A stretch of DNA of 64,000 bases, taken from contig CALRBT010000001.1 of NCBI GenBank assembly GCA_943354475.1, forward strand, positions 23,807-87,806. The letters run 5' to 3'. The stretch is from Parcubacteria group bacterium (GTDB taxonomy: Bacteria > Patescibacteriota > Minisyncoccia > Phycocordibacterales > CALRBT01). The notes beneath the pieces are model-generated. The model saw nothing but the letters and a program-made list of their open reading frames with translations, was not told the DNA's origin and made no database searches. Made by a program: the position numbers and the translations under genes. Positions 57,877-64,000 of the stretch are shown in pieces (the stretch's first letter is position 1; each line of letters opens with the position of its first letter).

Positions 57877-58518
57877 ATGTTAGAACTTGTTATTGAAAAG
57901 CGAGAAGTTGGGGTAAACCTTAATCAGATGCGAAAGGAGGGTAAAATCCCTGCTGTTTTCTATGGTCCAAAGGAAGCATCTACTCCTATTTGGGTTACCA
58001 CCAGTGATTTTACCCGTCTTTGGAAAAAAGCAGGTGAATCTTCAATGGTTACCCTGAAGGGTGTCGGAGAGACACTCGATGCTCTTATCCAAGATGTTGA
58101 TTTTGACCCAATCACCAATGTTATCCGTCATGCTGATTTTTATGTGGTGGAAAAAGGTAAGAAAGTACAGGTTAATGTACCGATTGAGTTCGAAGGTGTC
58201 TCAGGGGCAGTTAAAAACCTCGGCGCTATTCTTGTGAAAGTGCTCCACGAAGTAGAAATTGAAGCGATGCCAAAAGATCTTCCTCATGAGATTATCGTGG
58301 ATATTAGCGCTCTTGAGAATTTTGACTCACAAATCCTAGCTTCCGACCTCAAGCTTCCACAGGGTGTCGTTCTGCTTTCCAATCCTGAAGAAGTGATTGT
58401 CCTTGTGACAGAGCCAAGGGATGAAGAGGTTGAAGATGGAAGCCCTACTGACATTAGCGCCATTGAACTTTCAACCAAGAAAGGAAAGAAAGAGGAGGAA
58501 CCTGAGTCGGCTGAGTAA
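57877..58518 (+). CDS. rplY: 50S ribosomal protein L25 (CTC-type)
   Basis: IPAVFYG, HADFY, VPIEFEG. Confidence 0.93.
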   Translation: MLELVIEKREVGVNLNQMRKEGKIPAVFYGPKEASTPIWVTTSDFTRLWKKAGESSMVTLKGVGETLDALIQDVDFDPITNVIRHADFYVVEKGKKVQVNVPIEFEGVSGAVKNLGAILVKVLHEVEIEAMPKDLPHEIIVDISALENFDSQILASDLKLPQGVVLLSNPEEVIVLVTEPRDEEVEDGSPTDISAIELSTKKGKKEEEPESAE

Positions 58519-58632
58519 AACTCCTCCATCTAATCTTCAAGTTACATCTTGGCCTAAGAGCCCCATAGAGATTCTCCGATTTGCACCGATAGATAGAGAT
58601 TCTCCGTAGTAATACTGTCAGGTTTTTGTATT

Positions 58633-60069
58633 ATGCACCTCTCATTTTTAAAAAAAATACCACAAAAACAAAAAGATTTTCCCCATCTACCCACTACGAT
58701 TCTATCTTCAATCTTTTCATATAAACTAGTCGTTTTTGCGACCTTATTTTTTGTAGCCTCGCTTCTGTTTTTGAGTGCCCCCTTCCAAACTCTGGCGCAA
58801 TCCCTTACTCCAGAACGTAGAGCACAGCTTGAACAAGAATTGGCACAAACAGAGGCCGAAATAAATGCCCAGAAAATAATACTCAGTGACCGACAAAAGC
58901 AGTCAGTGTCGCTCGAGCGTGATATTGCTATTCTGAACGCAAATATAAGCAAATCAAAACTCAATATCAAGGCCAAAGACACTCAAATTGCCATTCTTAA
59001 TGATGATATTGGGGGCAAGGTAAAAACCATCGGTTCACTTTCAGAGAAAATCAATCGTGAACGAGAATCTATTGCACAACTCCTACGAAAGTCAGAGCAA
59101 ATTTCATCAACCTCTCTTCCTGAAGTTTTGTTCTCGGGTAAAAACCTTTCAGAGTTTTTGGTTGATGTTGACGCATACAGTTCTATCCAAGTATCTCTTC
59201 AAAACTCAACAAAAATAGTTAAAGATGCACGCTCTGATACAGAGGATCAGAAGCTATCCCTCGAGGGAAAGCGTGACAAAGTTATCGACTTACGAAAACA
59301 ACAAGAGGTACTCAAACGTAGTATTGAACAGCAAGAACGCGATAAACAAAAAATCCTAACACAATCGCGAGGTCTTGAGAAAGAGTATAAGAAAGTTTTG
59401 GCTGAAAAAGAAAAACGCGTTGGTGCGATTCGAGCTGAACTCTTCCCGCTACGTGACTCAGGGGAGATTAAGTTTGGTCAAGCACTTGATTATGCAAACA
59501 AGGTGTCGGCCCAAACAGGAATTCGTCCTGCGTTCCTTCTCGCTATTTTTATGCAAGAATCAAGTTTTGGTAAAAATCAAGGCTCCTGTTTACTTAAGGA
59601 TGGTAGTACAGGCTCAGGTATTTCCAAACGTACCGGTAATAGCATTGCTCGGATAATGAAGCCGGATCGTGACGTCGTGCCATTCCTTCGAATCACCGCG
59701 GCGGTTGGTAGAGATCCTTACAATACCCTCGTTTCTTGTCCGCAAGAAGTTGGATGGGGAGGGGCTATGGGTGCTGCACAATTTATTCCATCAACTTGGG
59801 TGCTCTATGAAGCAAGACTTGAATCAGCCCTCGGAGTTAAGGCAGCCGATCCGTGGCGTCCATCGGACGCATTTATGGCCGCAGGACTTTACCTAGCTGA
59901 CCTTGGTGCAGGCTCTCAATCTTATTCAAACGAGCGAAACGCAGCCTGTCGTTACTTCTCTGGTTCAAAGTGTGCCAACTCAACTTGGGCGACAACCTAT
60001 GGGGATCAGGTTATGAAAAAGGCAGCCTCAATCCAGGAAACGATGATTAACCCCATCGAGAATCGCTAA
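58633..60069 (+). CDS. Coiled-coil lytic murein transglycosylase
   Basis: Long coiled coil; AIFMQES.FG, GAMGAAQFIPSTW, YLADLG. Confidence 0.85.
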   Translation: MHLSFLKKIPQKQKDFPHLPTTILSSIFSYKLVVFATLFFVASLLFLSAPFQTLAQSLTPERRAQLEQELAQTEAEINAQKIILSDRQKQSVSLERDIAILNANISKSKLNIKAKDTQIAILNDDIGGKVKTIGSLSEKINRERESIAQLLRKSEQISSTSLPEVLFSGKNLSEFLVDVDAYSSIQVSLQNSTKIVKDARSDTEDQKLSLEGKRDKVIDLRKQQEVLKRSIEQQERDKQKILTQSRGLEKEYKKVLAEKEKRVGAIRAELFPLRDSGEIKFGQALDYANKVSAQTGIRPAFLLAIFMQESSFGKNQGSCLLKDGSTGSGISKRTGNSIARIMKPDRDVVPFLRITAAVGRDPYNTLVSCPQEVGWGGAMGAAQFIPSTWVLYEARLESALGVKAADPWRPSDAFMAAGLYLADLGAGSQSYSNERNAACRYFSGSKCANSTWATTYGDQVMKKAASIQETMINPIENR

Positions 60070-60129
60070 CCCAAGACTTGATTTAAGGTATTTGCAATAC
60101 CCATAATTTCTGGTAGAATGTCTCCATCT

Positions 60130-60360
60130 ATGAAAATTGATATTCACCCCCAATACAATACCGAAGCCAAGGTTACGTGTGCTTGTGGCAACACCTTCAC
60201 AACAGGCTCAACCAGGAAGGAACTTTCTGTTGAAATTTGTAGTGTTTGCCATCCATTTTATACTGGTGCTACCAGAACACTCGACACTGCCGGACGAGTG
60301 GAGAAATTCAAAGCTCGCGCCTCAAAGGTGGTAGCTCCAAAAGAGAAATCAAAGAAATAA
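60130..60360 (+). CDS. rpmE: 50S ribosomal protein L31 (Zn-binding type)
   Basis: [25 protein letters not shown]. Confidence 0.95.
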   Translation: MKIDIHPQYNTEAKVTCACGNTFTTGSTRKELSVEICSVCHPFYTGATRTLDTAGRVEKFKARASKVVAPKEKSKK

Positions 60361-60456
60361 CGGTACAGCAAAGCAAAGCCTGAAATCCTCTGATTTTAGG
60401 CTTTGCTTTTTGCTTGTCACTGTATTTTTCGTTAAGCTTACTATGTATCCAATTTT

Positions 60457-61437
60457 ATGGCTGTTATCGACTTAGAAATTTACAAAAAAAATCACAAGAC
60501 GCAGTATTTAGCCGAAAGTTTTGAGCGTCTGCTTAAAGAGCGCGTCCAGATAGAAACTGAACTTGCCAAAGATCCTGAATTCAAAGAATTAGCCGAAGAA
60601 GAATTTAAAAATATTGACGCACAACTAACAGCTCTTGAGGGTCAGATGGCTAAGATTATTGAAGAAGACAAAGAGGAAGAGGACTTTCCAAATGAAATTG
60701 TCCTTGAAGTCAGGGCTGGTACTGGTGGAGAAGAAGCGGCCTTTTTTGCTGAGAAATTGGCGGAGATGTACCAACGTTTCGCTGAATCCAAGGGTTGGCA
60801 ATGGAAGACGATGTATGAATCACGCAGTGCCCTTGGAGGATTCAAGGAGGCATCCTTTGAGTTTCGTGGCAAAGACATTTATCGCAAACTCCGCTTTGAG
60901 ACAGGGGTGCATCGTATCCAACGAATTCCCGCAACCGAGAAATCTGGCAGAGTTCACACGTCGACCGCTTCAGTTGCTATTTTGCCCATTAGGATAAAAA
61001 GCAAAATTGAGATTAATCCATCAGACATTGAAATGGAGTTTTCTCGCTCAGGTGGTGCTGGCGGACAGAATGTGAACAAGGTTGAAACTGCAGTACGTCT
61101 CATTCACAAACCGACAGGAATTGATGTTCGTTCGACCGCAGAGCGTAGCCAGCAGAAGAACCGGGAAAAGGCGATGGGAATTTTGATAGCAAAGCTAGAA
61201 GTTCTTAAAGAGGAAGAAGAAGCCAAAAAACACGCCTCAAATCGGAAAAGTCAGATTGGTACTGCAGATCGATCAGAGAAAATCCGCACCTATAATGTAT
61301 TGCAAGACCGCGTCACCGATCACCGCATTAGAGAATCTTGGCATAACATCGAAGGTATTTTTGCAGGGGATATTGAAGATATTGTCGAGAAACTGAACAG
61401 TGCCGATGAATTCAGCGAAGAGTCTTCAGAGGAGTAA
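60457..61437 (+). CDS. prfA: Peptide chain release factor 1
   Basis: PxT motif (RIPATE), [17 protein letters not shown]. Confidence 0.94.
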   Translation: MAVIDLEIYKKNHKTQYLAESFERLLKERVQIETELAKDPEFKELAEEEFKNIDAQLTALEGQMAKIIEEDKEEEDFPNEIVLEVRAGTGGEEAAFFAEKLAEMYQRFAESKGWQWKTMYESRSALGGFKEASFEFRGKDIYRKLRFETGVHRIQRIPATEKSGRVHTSTASVAILPIRIKSKIEINPSDIEMEFSRSGGAGGQNVNKVETAVRLIHKPTGIDVRSTAERSQQKNREKAMGILIAKLEVLKEEEEAKKHASNRKSQIGTADRSEKIRTYNVLQDRVTDHRIRESWHNIEGIFAGDIEDIVEKLNSADEFSEESSEE

Positions 61438-61541
61438 TTTTCACCTCTAAAAATCAGAGATAATGATTAATTGAGCGGTAGTGGAAGGGGTACTCCCGTA
61501 GGGTTGCCTAGTTTGGCTTAATTTGCTATGCTCTTTAGGTC

Positions 61542-62279
61542 ATGCAAAACACAGAAAATCTATTAGAAAATCAGGTTATTAGCAAAAATCTTGAAGAACT
61601 GTTCAAGGTTGGTGCTCATTATGCTTATGGTAAGAGCCGTCGCCACGCCTCAGCAAAACCCTTTATATTCGGCACCAAAAATCGAACCGAAATATTTGAT
61701 CTTGAGAAGACAAGTCAGTCACTAGAGATTGCACTTGATTTCGTTCGAACACTTGCCGGTGAAGGCAAAACAATCCTCCTCGCTTCTAGTAAGCCAGAAG
61801 CCAAGGAAACTATCACTATGGCGGGTGAATCACTCGGTCTCCCTTATGTTGCTGGTCGCTGGATTGGTGGAACTTTCACCAATACATCAGAGATAAAAAA
61901 ACGCGTTGCAATCCTTGTTGATTTAACTGATAAGAAGGCTAAGGGAGAATTGGTAAAGTACACTAAAAAGGAACGTCTCTTGATCGATCGAAAAATTGCC
62001 AAGCTTGAGAAGATGTACTCAGGGCTTCTAGAAATGAAAGTTCCGCCAGCAGCACTGTTTGTGGTTGATTCAAGAGAAGAGTCTATCGCAGTTGTTGAGG
62101 CTCATCAGATGAATATTCCAGTTATCAGTCTTTCAAACTCTGACTGTAACCTTAAGGAGTTGGATTATGCAATCCCAGGAAACGACAGTGCTAAGGCAAG
62201 TATTACTTTTTTTGTTGGTAAGATTGCAGATGCTTATCGAGAAGGTTTGAAATTGCGAGTAGAAAAAGCAGCTCTCTAA
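61542..62279 (+). CDS. rpsB: 30S ribosomal protein S2
   Basis: GAHY, RWIGGTFTN, IPGND. Confidence 0.95.
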   Translation: MQNTENLLENQVISKNLEELFKVGAHYAYGKSRRHASAKPFIFGTKNRTEIFDLEKTSQSLEIALDFVRTLAGEGKTILLASSKPEAKETITMAGESLGLPYVAGRWIGGTFTNTSEIKKRVAILVDLTDKKAKGELVKYTKKERLLIDRKIAKLEKMYSGLLEMKVPPAALFVVDSREESIAVVEAHQMNIPVISLSNSDCNLKELDYAIPGNDSAKASITFFVGKIADAYREGLKLRVEKAAL

Positions 62280-62346
62280 AGCAATAAGGATTGGTTTTGG
62301 TATCTAGTGTTTTTGATTTTTACATAAGCTTAAATTTTACTTTTAT

Positions 62347-62934
62347 ATGGCATCAATGGATCAAATTAAAGAACTTCGAGACCGAACGGGTATCTCTGTT
62401 ATGCAGTGCGGTAAGGCGCTTGAGGAAGCAGGTGGAGACATGGAGAAGGCTATTATCATTTTGCAAAAAAAAGGGTCAGAAGCTGCTTCTAAAAAACAAG
62501 ATCGAGAATTGGGTGCTGGTGTCGTGAAGTCTTATGTGCACAGTACAGGTACCGTCGGAACACTCGTAGAACTCCACTGTGAGACCGATTTTGTGTCTAA
62601 GAATCCAGAATTTGCCACACTAGCCTATGACATCGCAATGCATATTGCCGCTGCTAGACCAACGTTCCTACAAAAAGGAGATATTTCAGAGGAAGCCAAA
62701 AATCTAGCAAAAGAAGTGTTTATTAAGGAGGTAGAAGGTAAACCAGAAGAGATGAAGGAGAAAATCCTCCAAGGTAAGCTTGACTCATACTTTGCAGACA
62801 AGGTTCTTCTTGATCAGGCTTTTATTAAAAATCCTGACATGACGATTCAGAATCTTATTGATGCTGCAATCCAGAAATTTGGCGAGAAGATTCAGGTAGG
62901 GAAGTTCGTTCGCTTTGATGTCGGTGGTAAATAA
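62347..62934 (+). CDS. tsf: Elongation factor Ts (short form)
   Basis: IKELRDRTG.S..C..AL; CETDFV. Confidence 0.95.
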   Translation: MASMDQIKELRDRTGISVMQCGKALEEAGGDMEKAIIILQKKGSEAASKKQDRELGAGVVKSYVHSTGTVGTLVELHCETDFVSKNPEFATLAYDIAMHIAAARPTFLQKGDISEEAKNLAKEVFIKEVEGKPEEMKEKILQGKLDSYFADKVLLDQAFIKNPDMTIQNLIDAAIQKFGEKIQVGKFVRFDVGGK

Positions 62935-62937
62935 TAT

Positions 62938-63342
62938 ATGTTAATTGTATTTTTTGTAACACTTTTTTACGTCTCACTTGTTGGGATTTTCTTGTTATTT
63001 TTATTAAAGTATCTTGAGCTAAAGACGGGAAAGAGTATTGTTCCAGAGAATTTTGTTTTAGTAATGGAGAAATTAGCTTTACGGTTTTTCTTAAAGGTTG
63101 CACACCTTAGATTATATCTAACTAAGGAAAATTTGGTACGTGTAACGGGGCCACTACGACAAAAAATAGTAAGGGTTCTTTTGGTTCTGCAGGTCAAGTT
63201 CAATCTTTATTTTTCAAAGATTGTCGACATGGTTCGTGGACAAGGTACGTTAATTAAGCGAGGTAAGTCTTCTAATTTCCTCAACAATGTTGGAGAGTAC
63301 AAGAATCTCGACAAAGGTGAGGGTAGTCACAAGTTTCTTTAA
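62938..63342 (+). CDS. Hypothetical membrane-anchored protein
   Basis: N-terminal TM, basic; 3 nt after tsf. Confidence 0.65.
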   Translation: MLIVFFVTLFYVSLVGIFLLFLLKYLELKTGKSIVPENFVLVMEKLALRFFLKVAHLRLYLTKENLVRVTGPLRQKIVRVLLVLQVKFNLYFSKIVDMVRGQGTLIKRGKSSNFLNNVGEYKNLDKGEGSHKFL

Positions 63343-63384
63343 TCACTTTTGTTTTTTAGGATTTTAATGTATGTTGTTTTAGTT

Positions 63385-63457
63385 GCCGCCTTAGCTCAGT
63401 TGGTAGAGCAACGGTTTTGTAAACCGTAGGTCCCCAGTTCAAGCCTGGGAGGCGGCT
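63385..63457 (+). tRNA. tRNA-Thr (TGT)
   Basis: GCCGCCT/AGGCGGC, ACGGT-TTTGTAA-ACCGT. Confidence 0.95.
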
Positions 63458-63473
63458 CCGTAATAAGGGGAAA

Positions 63474-63524
63474 AATAGAAAACACCCTTGATGTTAGTGT
63501 TCAACATCAAGGGTGTTTTCTATT
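63474..63524. terminator. 22-bp perfect IR between convergent genes
   Basis: AATAGAAAACACCCTTGATGTT/AACATCAAGGGTGTTTTCTATT. Confidence 0.75.
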
Positions 63525-63528
63525 GAGC

Positions 63529-64000
63529 TTAGTTCACATTCTTTTTTGTGGTTGTTGATTTAGTACTGGTGGCACTTTCAAGCAAGGCTTTTTCTTTTTT
63601 GAACTTAGCTATCTCTGGAATGAGCTTTTCCATATCCTCAATACTCTTGAAGCCATAGGTCGCCTTACCACCTATGATGAGGGCAGGTAGGTCAGATTTA
63701 AGGCTGTAGATTGATGCCAGTGTTTTAACGGCAGAGAGGTCAATTTGACTATCAAATGAGTAAATCCTGAGTTGTGGATATTCTGCTCGTAGATAAGTGA
63801 GTACATAGCCTTCTTTTTCACAGAGTGGACAATCACCGGAATTAGAATAGAAGTAAAAGATGACTACAGGTTTCAGGCCGCACTGCTCACTTATTTTCTT
63901 AGTCAAAAGATAGTCTTTGATTTCAAGAAGAGAATAGTAGCGCTTGAGGAAGAGAAGTTCACTGTCATTCTGAGGACGCTCCTTTTCCATGTAGGTGAGC
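63529..64000 (-). CDS. Thioredoxin-like fold protein, probably continuing beyond the window
   Basis: FYFYS..CPLC..GYVL..P.LII. Confidence 0.65.
   Translation of the reverse strand, partial: LTYMEKERPQNDSELLFLKRYYSLLEIKDYLLTKKISEQCGLKPVVIFYFYSNSGDCPLCEKEGYVLTYLRAEYPQLRIYSFDSQIDLSAVKTLASIYSLKSDLPALIIGGKATYGFKSIEDMEKLIPEIAKFKKEKALLESATSTKSTTTKKNVN

Noticed and set aside
1-64000. Genetic code 25 (UGA=Gly)
   Set aside because: prfB is present and rpiB ends at TGA at the expected length; core ORFs are intact under code 11.

Overview
Bacterial chromosome segment (genetic code 11, nearly all genes on +). The gene content and style point to Patescibacteria/CPR, probably Parcubacteria (inference): split transketolase, short RF2 and EF-Ts, large peptidoglycan-binding/Ig surface proteins, and atypical tRNA T-loops. 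1-10.8 kb holds a tRNA-rich region (two CAT tRNAs, a group I intron-split tRNA-Asp overlapped by a free-standing LAGLIDADG endonuclease, two tRNA-Thr, tRNA-Gln) plus capA-like, prfB, ftsEX and pyrG. About 10.8-41 kb is an accessory region that starts at tRNA-Gln with a recombinase remnant. It contains msrBA, a CDPS-like gene, several gene fragments and a three-gene secreted toxin locus (transglutaminase-like protein with an RNase tip, SMI1/KNR4 immunity, and a giant prenyltransferase-barrel/FN3 protein). 41-64 kb is core: argS, folD, malic enzyme, gap, rpiB, rpe, tkt halves, pfkB, fba, sppA, rplY, rpmE, prfA, rpsB, tsf and tRNA-Thr. The most unusual signal is non-coding. Several families of nested-hairpin elements mirror their own insertion site: tRNA-'mirror' elements with a CTGC-loop hairpin and a shared core, a complete tRNA-Gln nested inside an interrupted copy of itself, and four stop-codon-anchored GTAC-hairpin elements. 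All calls were made by eye; no searches were run.
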